NCBI GenBank assembly: GCA_964016885.1
Contig: OZ024742.1
Coordinates: 39,060,001 to 39,124,000 of the forward strand
Direction of reading: 5' to 3'
From: Eledone cirrhosa
Lineage: Eukaryota
Length of the DNA: 64,000 nucleotides
A program made the position numbers and the translations under genes. Within the stretch, counting starts at the first letter, position 1, and every line of letters begins with the position of its first letter. Positions 37,168-51,895 of this stretch are shown one piece after another. The notes under the pieces were generated by a model. The model searched no databases, was not told where the DNA came from, and saw nothing but the letters and a program-made list of their open reading frames with translations.

Positions 37168-37960
37168 AACAATCATCAACACCACCAGCATCTCAAACAG
37201 CAGCAACAGCAACACCATAACCACTAGCACCAGCACCACCATCAGCAGCAGCAGCACCAGCAGCAGCATCACTACCACGACCACCACCACCACCACCACC
37301 ACCACCAGCACCATCAGCACCATCACCACCACCACCACCACGACCACCACCACCACCACCAGCATCACTACCACCACCACCATAATCAGCACCACCACCA
37401 CCAGCACCACCACCACCAGCATCACTACCACCAACACCAACACCATCAGCAACACCACCCACACAACAACACCCCCCCATCACCACCACCACCACCACCA
37501 CCACCACCACCACCACCACCACCACCACCACCACCACCACACCACCAGTATCACTACCACCACGAGTACCACCATCTCAGCCACCACCATCACCCCCACC
37601 ACCACCACCACCATCACTAGCACCACCATCAGCACCACCAACATCTCAGCCACCACCACCAGCAACACCACCAGCACCATCAGCACCCCCACCAGCATTC
37701 CCCACCACCAGTATCACTACCACCCCCACCACCATCACCACCACCACCACCACCACCTCCACCAGCATCACTACCACCACGAGCACCACAAACATCTCAG
37801 CTACCACCACAACCACAACCACCACAACCACCACCCCCAGCACGACCACCAGCAGCAGCACCACACAACAACAACAACAATAACAACAATAGCAACAACA
37901 ACAAGACAACTAATAATACTGCCAATATCACAAACATAACACCATTAACAACAACATCAA
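37168..37960. repeat. (CAC/CAG/CAA)n low-complexity tract
   Basis: Direct reading. Confidence 0.95.
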
Positions 37961-40900
37961 CAACAACAACAACCATAGCTCTAACAACAACAATAATAAC
38001 CATAGCTCTAACAACAACAACAAGAATAACCATAGCTCTAACAACAACAACAACAATAACTATAGCTCTAACAACAACAACAACAACAATAACCATAGCT
38101 CTAACAACAACAATAATAACCATAGCTCTAACAACAACAACAATAATAACCATATCTCTAACAACAACAACAACAATGACCAAAGCTCTAACAACAACAA
38201 TAACAATAACCATAGCTCTAACAACAACAACAACAACAATAACCATAGCTCTAACAACAACAACAACAACAATAACCATAGCTCTAACAACAACAACAAC
38301 AATGACCAAAGCTCTAACAACAACAACAACAATAACCATAGCTCTAACAACAACAACAACAACAATAACCATAGCTCTAACAACAACAACAACAACAATA
38401 ACCATAGCTCTAACAACAACAACAACAATAATCATAGCTCTAACAACAACAACAATCACCAAAGCTCTAACAACAACAACAATAACCATAGCTCTAACAA
38501 CCACAACAACAATAACCATAGCCCTAACAACAACAACAACAATAACCATAGCCCTAACAACAACAACAATAACCATAGCTCTAACAACAACAACAATAAC
38601 CATAGCTCTAACAACCACAACAACAATAACCATAGCCCTAACAACAACAACAACAATAACCATAGCTCTAACAACAACAACAATAACCATAGCTCTAACA
38701 ACCACAACAACAATAACCATAGCCCTAACAACAACAACAACAATAACCATAGCTCTAACAACAACAACAATAACCATAGCTCTAACAACCACAACAACAA
38801 TAACCATAGCCCTAACAACAACAACAACAATCACCAAAGCTCTAACAACAACAACAATAACCATAGCTCTAACAACCACAACAACAATAACCATAGCCCT
38901 AACAACAACAACAACAATAACCATAGCCCTAACAACAACAACAATAACCAAAGCTCTAACAACAACAACAATAACCATAGCTCTAACAACAACAACAACA
39001 ATAACCAAAGCTCTAACAACAACAACAATAACCAAAGCTCTAACAACAACAACAAAAATAACCATAGCCCTAACAACAACAACAACAATAACCATAGCCC
39101 TAACAACAACAACAATAACCATAGCTCTAACAACAACAACAATAACCAAAGCTCTAACAACAACAACAATAACCATAGCCCTAACAACAACAACAATAAC
39201 CATAGCTCTAACAACAACAACAATAACCAAAGCTCTAACAACAACAACAATAACCAAAGCTCTAACAACAACAACAATAACCAAAGCTCTAACAACAACA
39301 ATAACCATAGCACTAACAACAACAATAACCATAGCTCTAACAACAACAAAAACAATAAGCATAGCTCTAACAACAACAACAACAATAACCATAGCTCTAA
39401 CAACAATAACAAATACCATAGCTCTAACAACAACAACAACAATAACCATAGCTCTAACAACAACAACAATAACCAAAGCTCTAACAACAACAACAACAAT
39501 AACCATAGCTCTAACAACAACAACAATAACCATAGCTCTAACAACAACAACAACAATAACCATAGCCCTAACAACAACAACAACAATAACCATAGCTCTA
39601 ACAACAACAACAACAACAATAACCATAGCCCTAACAACAACAACAATAACCATAGCTCTAACAACAACAACAACAATAACCATAGCCCTAACAACAACAA
39701 CAACAAGAACCATAGCTCTAACAACAACAACAAGAACCATAGCTCTAACAACCACAACAATAACCATAGCTCTAACAACAACAACAATAACCATAGCACT
39801 AACAACAACAACAACAATAACCATAGCCCTAACAACAACAAAAACAATAACCATAGCTCTAACAACAACAACAACAATAACCATAGCCCTAACAACAACA
39901 ACAACAATAACCATAGCCCTAAAAACAACAACAACAATAACCATAGCTCTAACAACAACAACAACAATAACCATAGCTCTGACAACAACAACAATAACCA
40001 TAGCTCTAACAACAACAACAACAATAACCATAGCTCTAACAACAACAACAATAACCATAGCTCTAACAACAACAACAACAACAATAACCATAGCTCTAAC
40101 AACAACAACAATAACCATAGCTCTAACAACAACAACAACAATAACCATAGCTCTAACAACAACAACAACAATAACCATAGCTCTAACAACAACAACAATA
40201 ACCATAGCTCTAACAACAACAACAATAACCATAGCTCTAACAACAACAACAACAATAACCATAGCTCTAACAACAACAACAATAACCATAGCTCTAACAA
40301 CAACAACAACAATAACCATAGCTCTAACAACAACAACAACAATAACCATAGCTCTAACAACAACAATAACAATAACCATAGCTCTAACAACAACAACAAT
40401 AACCATAGCTCTAACAACAACAATAATAACTATAGCTCTAACAACAACAACAATAACCATAGCTCTAACAACAACAACAATAACCATAGCTCTAACAACA
40501 ACCACAACAATAACCATAGCTCTAACAACCACAACAATAACCATAGCTCTAACAACAACAATAACAATAACCATAGCTCTAACAACAACAATAACAATAA
40601 CCATAGCTCTAACAACCACAACAATAACCATAGCTCTAACAACAACAACAACAATAACCATAGCTCTAACAACAATAACAATAACCATAGCTCTAACAAC
40701 AACAACAATAACCATAGCTCTAACAACAACAACAATAACCATAGCTCTAACAACCACAACAATAACCATAGCTCTAACAACAACAACAACAATAACCATA
40801 GCTCTAACAACCACAACAATAACCATAGCTCTAACAACAACAACAACAATAACCATAGCTCTAACAACAACAACAATAACCATAGCTCTAACAACAACAA

Positions 40901-41680
40901 CAATAGCCGTAGCTCTAACAACAACAACAACAATAACCATAGCTCTAACAACAACAACAATAACCATGCTCTAACAACAACAACAATAACCATGCTCTAA
41001 CAACCACAACAATAACCATAGCTCTAACAACAACAACAATAACCATAGCTCTAACAACAACAACAATAACCATAGCTCTAACAACAACAACAACAATAAC
41101 CATAGCTCTAACAACAACAATAACAATAACCATAGCTCTAACAACCAGAACAATAACCATAGCTCTGACAACCACAACAATAACCATGCTCTAACAACAA
41201 CAACAATAACCATGCTCTAACAACAACAACAACAATAACCATGCTCTAACAACAACAATAACAATAACCATAGCTCTAACAACAACAACAATAACCATAG
41301 CTCTAACAACAACAACAACAATAACCATAGCTCTAACAACAACAATAACAATAACCATAGCTCTAACAACCAGAACAATAACCATAGCTCTGACAACAAC
41401 AACAATAACCATGCTCTAACAACAACAACAATAACCATGCTCTAACAACAACAACAACAATAACCATAGCTCTAACAACCAGAACAATAACCATAGCTCT
41501 GACAACAACAACAATAACCATGCTCTAACAACAACAACAATAACCATGCTCTAACAACAACAACAACAATAACCATAGCTCTAACAACCACAACAATAAC
41601 CATAGCTCTGACAACAACAACAATAACCATGCTCTAACAACAACAACAACAACAATAACCATAGCTCTAACAACAACACA
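37961..41680. repeat. 3.7 kb minisatellite, unit ACCATAGCTCTA(ACA)nATA (about 24-33 bp)
   Basis: More than 100 tandem units with a variable internal triplet count; source of the 932 and 1056 aa ORFs. Confidence 0.97.
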
Positions 41681-42023
41681 ATAGTTACATAAACAATATC
41701 AACTTTGGTAGTATTTGCTACTATTATTATTTTGTAAGTTTTCCAGAGATAAACTCCTCATATCTTGATACGTTGTTTTACTAACGGGGGTTAAAAAACA
41801 GACGCATTAACTCTTATCTTTGAAAGCTCTCGAGGAAACTCCTGCAAACACATGTCCCTATATAACCTCACTATATAACCACCACATAACTTCACTTCTC
41901 CGTTTTCCTCTTATCTTTGAAGAATTTTAAAATATCGCCTTAACTTGAAATGGGCGCGTGTTGGACTACCGTCGGTTCCAGTGTTTATACACGCACACAC
42001 ATACACACACATGCATATATATA

Positions 42024-42096
<73 letters not shown>

Positions 42097-42730
42097 CGAT
42101 GGCTGAGCTGTTGCCGTTTCAACACCTAGTTCCAGATTGAATTGAAGATTCGTGGCTTACTGGTTAGGATGTTCATAATCATATGGTCGTGAGTTAGATG
42201 TTGCAGTCCACGAAGCTGAAGCATCTGGCCATTATATTTTATTCACCAAAGGTCGTCTATTCAAATGGAACCAGCAGGAGGGTACTTTCACAAGCCCCTT
42301 CTAAAACACCCCTTAAGCATCCCAACACCTCCCAACTCCACTCTCAATTAATTATCTTGCTTTTACCATTCACTATTTTCTTTCACGTCTTGTGTGTATA
42401 TGCTTTAATTCCTTTAAATCTTCATCAACACTCATTCACTCCCCCCACTAATTAACCCCCCCCCCCCGATACCTAAATCTCTTATATAGAGTCACACATC
42501 ACAACACAACCTGAGATCAGTTTAACAGTAGCCACCAACGAATACGAGGGGAGGTTCTCCAAGAAAATTAACCAGGAATCTTTAAAAAATCTCCCCATCG
42601 AAGAACAAAGAACTTACGAGATCTACAAAACCAAATTGTAAAATTATAATATTATAAAATCAAATCGTTTAGAACTACAAGTAAAGCCATTCTTTTCCCT
42701 TTTTCAACTATATATATATATATATATATA

Positions 42731-43099
42731 TGGCTTAGTGGTTTGAGCATTGGGCTTGCAATCGAAAGGTTGTGAGTTCAATTCTCAGACCGGGTGGTGT
42801 GTTGTTTCCTTGAGCAAGACACTTTATTTCAGATTGCTCCAGTTTACTCAGCTGTAGAAATGAGATGATAGGGACTGGAGTCCCTATCATTCCACTGCAA
42901 AGTGGTCGTGGATGTGCCACGGCAAAAAAGCACCCAGCCCACACTGTAAAGTGGACGTGTAGGCACCACGGAAAAAAGCACCAAGCACTCACTGTAAATG
43001 AGGTTGGTGTTAGGAAGGGCATCCAGCTGTAGAAATCAAGCCAGAATCAGTTCCCGTCCCACCCTTGCAAGCAGGGAAAAGCGGACGTAAAATGATGAT
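42731..43099 (+). mobile_element. tRNA/CORE-like SINE with an RTE-like 3' part
   Basis: tggcttagtgg..gagttcaattc, ccttgagcaagacac, ggtgttaggaagggcatccagc, and tail ggacgtaaaatgatgat. Confidence 0.78.
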
Positions 43100-43302
43100 A
43101 TATATATATATATATATAAGTTTATCCCGGGTTCATTCGGGGGTAACCACAGTAAGTAAGGTACTCAATACAAAGCAGAGTATAAATATTTAGGCTTCTA
43201 CAGGACTAGAACTGTAGGAATTCCTGATGTTTTCTCCCGAATGAAACAATTCTAGTCCTGTAGAAGCCTTTATATATATATATATATATATGTATATGTG
43301 TA

Positions 43303-43333
<31 letters not shown>

Positions 43334-43471
43334 AGGAAAAGAATCAGGACCCCGACGGCTGAGCTCCGGCCTTTTCGACAGCTAGATCTGAACTCTAGTG
43401 CGTTATTGTCCACCTAGTTTCTTACCACTCTTTCTTTGTTATTATTATTATATATATATATATATAAACAC

Positions 43472-43516
<45 letters not shown>

Positions 43517-43989
43517 TATATATATATATATATAAATATATATATATATAAACAAGTGTGCAGGGACATTCAGCAGGATACAGTGTGCGGCAAGGTTAGT
43601 CATTTAAATTAGCGATGCAATGTTTCTAGCTGAATAGATTGAAGGAACGTAACATAAAGTGACATGCTCAAGAGCATTACGTTCCACCGGGAATAGAACT
43701 CACGAATTTACGATCGTAAACCAAATACCCTAACTAAACCACGTAGCTTTACTGAACATAGGTTAACTGCCGGAGCCAATCACTTAGGAATTTGAAACAA
43801 AAATATCGACCTTAAGGTAATGTTTAGAAAATGCTTGTTCAGAATTACGTGATAGATTTGGTCCTTTGGCATATAACGCGAAAACGAGGGAGTGTTCTTG
43901 CAGAACATTTTACCAAAATCAGATAAAGACGATTATATATATATATATGTATGATGTTGATGTATGTATGTATGTATGTATGTATGTAT

Positions 43990-44390
43990 GAAGGACACCT
44001 AGCCTTTGTCATGGCATTCTTCTAGGAGAATGCAACTCAGGAAACTGGGATAACTCCGACATAAAACCTGCGGCTCAGTAGTTACCGATGATGTTGATCT
44101 TTTCTTCTTTTCGGGTTATAGCTACTGTCGCTCAGAGAGTGGGATTGGCTCAGTGCATAGACTTTCCTCATTTAAAAAAAAAATGTTCACGCACAGGCAT
44201 TACACGATAGATGTATGTATGTGTGTGTGTGTATGTATGTATGTATGAAGGACACCTATTGATAATTATTAATAATGTTATATTGTGCATTGGCCATACT
44301 CGATAACGAGGGGCAGCCATCATGTATGTATGTATGTATGTATGTATGTATGTATGTATGTATGTATGTATGTATGTATGTATGTATGCG
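43990..44390 (+). mobile_element. RTE 5' UTR fragment plus RTE 3' tail with (TATG)n
   Basis: 43998..44205 matches 62812..63020; the tail ggccatactcgataacgaggggcagccatc runs into (ATGT)n. Confidence 0.7.
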
Positions 44391-45448
44391 TATATATGTG
44401 TGTGTGTGTATGCAAATATATAAAATTAGATTAATAAGCAAATAGTTAGTCTCGCTGTGAAAATATATAGTTATTCTTTTGGTGACTATATTTCTAAGAA
44501 GAATATATAATTTGTTGTGTTTTAATTATCAAAGTAATCAAGAATTATGAGAATTTTAGTGAAATATTAACTTCCAATAATAGTTTTTAATTTCAGCACA
44601 AGGCCAGCAGTTTTACGGGGGAAGAATAAATCGCTTATGTCAACTCTAGTACTTGATTGATAATTTATTTTAACGGCTCCTCGAAGGATGAAAGGTCATG
44701 TTGACCTCGGTGTGATTTGAACTCAGAACTTAAAGGACTGTAATGAATGCCACGAGGCCTTTTGTTCGACGCTCTAACCATTCTGCTAATCTACCCACCT
44801 AACTTCCAGCTAAATAATTGTTTCTACTTTTGGCATAAGGCCAGCAATTATCCAGTGTATTACTGGTACTTTATTTTATCGACCCCTTAAGGATGAAAGG
44901 CAAAGCTAACCTCGGCGGGATGTGAACTCAGAACGTAAAGGGCGGTAGCTCTATGTCGTGAAGCACGGTGTCCGACGTTCTACCGATTCTGTCAATCCAT
45001 CGCCCCCTTCCCACTAAATAAGAAAAGATAAATATTTAACCACTGAGATCTAATATCATATGAGATGTAATATTTAGATTTCAGTCCAAGATTAGAATTG
45101 ATATGTGCATATTTTCATAGAGGTGGTATTTAAAAGGTTAAAAGGTTACCGAATTTTCAACACTCATTGAGGTCATTTACCTCAAAATCTCAGCTACAAA
45201 TCTTCTGAAAAACGCACACTATTTTCGGTGCAGTGTCAATTACATTTTATTTAAAAAAAAAAAAAAACACAAATCTAGCATTGTTTTGAATAAATGCTTA
45301 TCAACCAGGATTTAATAAAACATTCGCATACACAGCCTTGTCATCCTCTTTCCACAAAAATTCATTACAGCCCTCTTGTTACAGCTCTCTCACTCTCTCT
45401 AGCACTTACTATCCCCTTTCTATTAAAACTTGTTACAGTTCTCTCCCA

Positions 45449-45480
<32 letters not shown>

Positions 45481-45489
45481 CTTTATATA

Positions 45490-46122
45490 TGAGAGACGTA
45501 AAATAAGAAAATTATAAAATTAACTTACTTACTAAAAAATCACTTCCAACTAATTAGTTTCTGGAATGGAGTAAATATATTTTCCGAAGAAACATATAGA
45601 AAATCATTCCTTCATCAGGAAAGTCTTTTTCCGTGTAATCTCCAGGCATAGCGAGGACTCTGGAAACTTATTAAAAAATAATTCAGTGGAAAGGAAATAG
45701 CGAAGCGTGGACTGGATTCCTAGCCATTGAGAAAGTCACTGCCTCTTCGTCTGTGACAAATTCAAAAAGAATCAATCACGTGACATCGAGGTCAATCAGT
45801 GGAAAGCGAATGGTTAATAAGACAGCGGCCAGCCTACTACCATAGTAGCAGTCATGGCCAAATATTGCTCGACAAATGAACGGAATGATTTTCTATATGT
45901 TTCTTCGGAAAATATATTTACTCCATTCCAGAAACTAATTAGTTGGAAGTGATTTTTTAGTAAGTAAGTTAATTTTATAATTTTCTTATTTTACGTCTCT
46001 CATATTATTGTTCTGCAACCCCATGCATTGAACCACAATGTTAATAAGACAAAACCTATATATTTGCTAGCATTGATATGCATCTGTGTGTATATAAATG
46101 TTACTAGATATAAATTCCTTAT
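45490..46122 (+). mobile_element. Family C fold-back element, copy 1
   Basis: 45488..45610 is inverted at 45882..46004; tail homologous to 53820..53945. Confidence 0.82.
45542..45624 (-). ncRNA. Type I hammerhead with extended stem II (family C)
   Basis: actttc-CTGATGA-a ggaatg..cattcc a-GAAA-CTAATTAG-TT-ggaagt. Confidence 0.75.
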
Positions 46123-46146
46123 ATCTCTTTATATATATATATATAT

Positions 46147-46259
<113 letters not shown>

Positions 46260-46692
46260 CACTCTGATGCATATACACTCACGCACGCATACTCTTACGA
46301 AATTCTTTCCCGATGGTTTAATGGAAAGATAAAAAAAAAAAATTCCACGAGTAGTACTCTGTACCGTCGATCGAACAACTGTAAAAGTCATCATCGGAAA
46401 CCGATGGAGGTCCATTCATTATTTCTCCCTGCAGCTGTTTAAAGATATTGTCCTTATTGACACATATATAACTCTCCTACTGCTTTCAAACTTCTTATCT
46501 TTTCAATCAGTTTAGGAGGCGAGGCTTCGTTCTCCAAGGAAATCTGCCCCTACACTTCCTGGCACCGCTTTCCCTCCACTGGATCAACAATGTATATAAA
46601 TACATTAATATATAAATAATATAAATAATACCTTAAAAAAGATTAAACAGCATAAATATATAAAATACGTATTGAAGTACACACCCCATTTG

Positions 46693-46839
<147 letters not shown>

Positions 46840-47060
46840 TGTGAGAAATGTACATACATCTACATATATACATCTGTGTATATGTATGCATGTATATATA
46901 TATATAAATGTATGTGTATATATAGGTATATATATATATGTACATATATATATATATGTACATATATATATATATATATATGTACATATATATATACATA
47001 CATCTATACATATACGCATATTTATATATATATACATATATATATGTATTTATGTATATG

Positions 47061-47098
<38 letters not shown>

Positions 47099-47177
47099 TA
47101 TATACATATATATATATATATGTATATATATATGTACATATATATATATATATATGTACATATATATATAAATATGC

Positions 47178-47209
<32 letters not shown>

Positions 47210-47392
47210 GTACGTAAGTGTGTGTGCGTGTGTGTGTCTGTGAAAAATCTTGATAATCCGGAAAAAGATGGAATAGGTTGGGAGGGTAAAGGTACATTGG
47301 CTTACTTTCGTCCCCCTCTCTCTATTTCTATATCTTCCTCTACCTACATCTTTTTTTACTTTGCCTCTTATATTTGCATATCCAAACATGTG

Positions 47393-47426
<34 letters not shown>

Positions 47427-47593
47427 AACACCCACATAAACACCCACATACACATATGCATAGACAAATAGTGATGTGGATGAAAGATAACTGCTGATAT
47501 ATATAAGTATATATATATATATACAAATGTATGTGCATATATATGCCAACACACACATGCATATATATATATATACACACATATATATATATA

Positions 47594-47699
<106 letters not shown>

Positions 47700-48126
47700 T
47701 ATACTTATATATATGAGGAAATGGGTGTGGGATAAATGTTTTAAAGTGAAAAGAGCAACCACCCATGAAGATTGAGATGTGTTGTTAGATTTATGGAAAT
47801 GTGGAAACAGGAAGTCGGTAGGTTTACTTCCCTTGGATACTGGTGACATAAGTGAAGACGGCTGTTCCATTTAGAAATCGGAACTCTACGGTGTTTGCCT
47901 CCTGAACACCAACTTAAATGGCATATATGTATCTGGAGGATGTTTAGAGGCGTGTGTGTATTATATATGTGTGTCTGTGTCTGTATGAGTATGCGCGCGC
48001 GTGCGCCGTGTGTGTGTGTGTGTCTTGGACTTCTGTCGGTTCTGACGATGAGTGATCCAGTTGTACGTATCGGGAGGACATTTAGAGGCGTTTGTGTATT
48101 TTATGTGTGTGTCTATGTCTGTATGA

Positions 48127-48161
<35 letters not shown>

Positions 48162-48569
48162 GGACCTCCGTTGGTTCCGATGAGGAGTGTGCCAGTGTAT
48201 GTATCTAGAGGACATTTAGAGGCGTGTGTGTATTTTATGTGTGTATGTCTGTGTCTGTATGAGTGTGTGCGTGCGTGCACGCGCGCGTGCATGTGTGTTG
48301 GACCTCCGTCGGTTCCGATGAGGAGTGTTCCAGTTGTATGATCAACGGAACAACCTTCTCATGTGCAAGTGACTGGGCAATGTACAAACAGTGTGCCATT
48401 GATGCAATTCTGAGGCAGGTTAATGCCACACAATATTTTATACGGTTGGACATTTCAATAACAGGTTACACTCAGATGATTTTTTTTTCCAGATGTCTTT
48501 AATAACGAAAGATTTATTTACAATAGTCTATAACTTTGCCTATTAATCCGTATGGTGAGCAAATGGGGT

Positions 48570-49030
48570 CCCACGTGCTGGCCTCCCCACAGTCCCGGCG
48601 GACAGGACGGAGAAGGTGTTTCTCCGGAGGATGGTAAGGGAGATGCGCTGGAAGAGCCATTCCAACTCGTGAGGCTCACACCTGCGGCTGGCCAGCTCAG
48701 CGCCTATGGTGGTGAATAGGGAGGTAGCCCTAGGGCCAAGACACCAGAAGTCTCCACTGCCAAGGGCACAACCGCAAACCTGTCGAAGAGCGACCGGTAA
48801 TTGGAGAGGTTGGCCTCCTCAGCCCGACGTGCAGCAGTACCTGGGTTAGTCGCAGACTGCACCAGATTGTGGCTGGAGAAAGTATCGCTGCAAGTGGCAT
48901 CCGAGTTGAGGGGTTTGCCATTGCGGAACGGTAAGATGGTCATGCCGTCTGACCTTTTGCCATCCCCTCGGTCCAGCCGCACCGGCTCGAGCTGGGAGGG
49001 GAAGCCTGCAGCGTCCATGTCATGCTTTCC
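48570..49030 (-). mobile_element. 3' fragment of a CRE-like REL non-LTR retrotransposon
   Basis: LEPVRLDRGDGKRSDGMTILPFRNGKPL..DATCSDT..AARRAEE..VPLAVETSGV, the typical RPDG..WD.TC.DT REL signature, decayed. Confidence 0.75.
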
Positions 49031-49502
49031 CAGCTGAGTGGACTGGAGCAAAGTAAAAGAAAGTGTCTTTCTCAAGAACACAAGGATTTGGAGGGATTTA
49101 GAAATATAACTTTCTCATTAAGCTAGTATTTGGACTTGTCATCCTCTTTCCACAAAAATTCGTAACATCCCTATTGTTACAGCTCCTTTTCTCCCTCTTT
49201 CTCTCTTTCCCTCTCTCCTACACACATACTCTTACCATTCCCTTTCCATAAAAAAGGCGCATGGCTTAGTGGTTAGAGCATTGGGCTTGCAATCGAAAGA
49301 TTGTGAGTTCAATTCTCGGACAGGGTGATGTGTTGTTTCCTTGAGCAAGACACTTTATTTCACGTTGCTTCAGTTTACTCAACTGTAGAAATGAGATGAT
49401 AGGGACTGGGGTCCATATCATTAAATCACCCAAGACACCTCCAACGAGACATACCTTGGAGGAGGCCAGCTACACCTGCATAGGTGTGAGCTGTCACACA
49501 CA

Positions 49503-49641
<139 letters not shown>

Positions 49642-50338
49642 TCCATAAAGATATGCAGACTTGTTACAGCTCTCTCACTCTCTTAAATTACCCCAGTGCA
49701 TTACTGGTACTTTACTTTTTCGACCCGTAAGGATAAAAGGCAAAGTTAACCTCGGCAGGATTATATAAAATTATAATTGTTTCTACTTTTGGCACATGGC
49801 CAGCAATTACCTCAGTACATTACTGGTACTTTATTTTATCTACCCCGTAAGGATGAAAGGCAAAGTTAACCTCGGCGGGATTTGAACTCAGACCATAAAG
49901 GGACGTAACTATGCTGGAGAGCATGGTGTCTGACCCTCTACTGATAAATGCCAGGTTTTTAGATAAATATAAACTCTTTAAAATAAACAGTTTTGTATTG
50001 TAGAACCTGGGGCAGTTTAGGCAGTTTTCAAAAATGACAAAAAAGACGTGTGGCCGTGGGTAGTTGTTTACGGTTAGAATGCTCAATCAGAGTTAAACAG
50101 AAGCATCATCAACACCAACAACAACGACAACGATTTGGGGCATAAGAACCATAGCAAAAAAGATGTAGTAAAGGGTATTCATGAGTAACGCTAACACATC
50201 CAAGAAAACTCAGTCAAGGGGAAACATTTTGAGTGATGGATTAAAGGAATCAGTTACATATGAAATGTCTGTGAAAACCATTTCCAAAGACTTGAGAGGA
50301 AATCTTGATGGAGTCGCTTGTCAGGAAATACAGATATG

Positions 50339-50369
<31 letters not shown>

Positions 50370-50371
50370 CT

Positions 50372-50403
<32 letters not shown>

Positions 50404-50620
50404 ACTTTCATTCATTTATCTTTTTCTTCTGTTCCACCCTACAACTTAGTGGACAGCTACCCTACTTCGTTCACTGGGATTATGCATTCGAATTCAACCA
50501 AACGTTCTTATCTTATATAAAAACAAGGATATAGTGCAGCGTAATAAGATATGTTGGAGTCAATGTTTTTGTTCCATAGTTTATATTTAGTTAATATTTT
50601 ATTTTCAGACGTAAACTGCA

Positions 50621-50649
50621 CTGATGAAGGGCAATCACCCAGAAACATC
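50621..50649 (+). ncRNA. Minimal Penelope-type hammerhead core
   Basis: CTGATGA-A-GGG caatca CCC-A-GAAA-CA-TC; stems I and III are weak. Confidence 0.45.
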
Positions 50650-51823
50650 AGTGTCTTCAGTTCTGTTTGCATGCCAACACAAGAGCGAGAATGAAGGGCT
50701 CATTCCACTGACATAGCTTATAAAAGAGGTTGTTTGCATAATTGCAAACGAATCGAATATTATTATTAATAGGGCGGTGGATTGGCAGTATCGGTAGAGG
50801 CTCGGACGCCATGCTTTTCAGCAAAGAGTTACGGCCCTTTATGGTCTGAGTTCAAATCCCGCTGAGGTTAACTTTGCCTTTCATCCTTACGGGGTCGATT
50901 AAATAAAGTACCAGTAATGTACTGGTTAATTGCTGGCCTTGTGCCAAAAGTAGAAACAATTATTAATATTCGAAAAACTCGGATTACATTTATTGTATTC
51001 AGCCATGTAGAGCGATAACTAGTTGTTAGTTACATATATATTGTACAAATATATATGAGCCTTTTTTACACGAAAGAAAGAGAAAAACAGGAACACATAG
51101 GGCGAAATACAGCAAACAACATCTAAACCTCTCATCAGCCTCCAAGCTGACGATTTATTACCATTATGAGCAGTATCGCTATTTAAACCAGAACGTACAA
51201 TGTATACGAAACTATTGTTTGGGAGAGATGCGTGTAAGACAATACAACAGCAACAGAAACAAAAGCAGTAAAAGTAGGGAAAATAAAGTAGGCAATATGT
51301 TACTCCACAGGCGCAACAACACTGTGAGAAACGGAATAACAATTTAGGGAACAATTCTATTGAATGAAACAAAATAAACAATGAAATGGGACACTGTTAT
51401 CAGTTGTATATAACGATATTAAGTTGGAACAACTCTAAAAACTAAATTCAATTGAATAATTATACATTAAAGAATAAAATAAAATTGATATGAAACTACT
51501 GACGGAAATCAAAATAGGTAACTATATAGCTTGTTGAGTGTTGGCGTATTGAGCTTGCTGCAAGAATCGGCATTTTAGAGCACCAATACTAATTCCTAAT
51601 TTTTGCTGGACCGGCAACTGCTCTGTTTAATTAGGTCTTAAACTTCTCTGGAATTATATAAATCCAGCTTCTATAAATCTCGACTGAAGCGATGGGATAT
51701 GTAATCTTGACAACCACTAACGAGCGAGAAACGGGCATACATTGCTTCCCTTTGCTTTGGCCGAGACCAAGTAAGTGATGCAGTCACTACTTTAAAACTC
51801 ATAGCGAATGGTCTTCAAAATGT

Positions 51824-51859
<36 letters not shown>

Positions 51860-51895
51860 ATATATCGTATATATAAACATATATATATATATATA

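Noticed and set aside
37797-40974. 932-1056 aa ORFs (TTTTITIAL / VVVVRAMVI) as a mucin or membrane protein
   Set aside because: Open on both strands only because the minisatellite units are multiples of three and lack stops in those frames; no unique domain or splice context.
37961-41680. CRISPR-like repeat/spacer array
   Set aside because: The intervening sequences are simple (AAC)n rather than unique spacers; eukaryotic context and no cas genes.
51140-51226. Hammerhead CTGACGA..GAAAC (+)
   Set aside because: Stem II does not pair convincingly and stem I is mismatched; at best a decayed copy.
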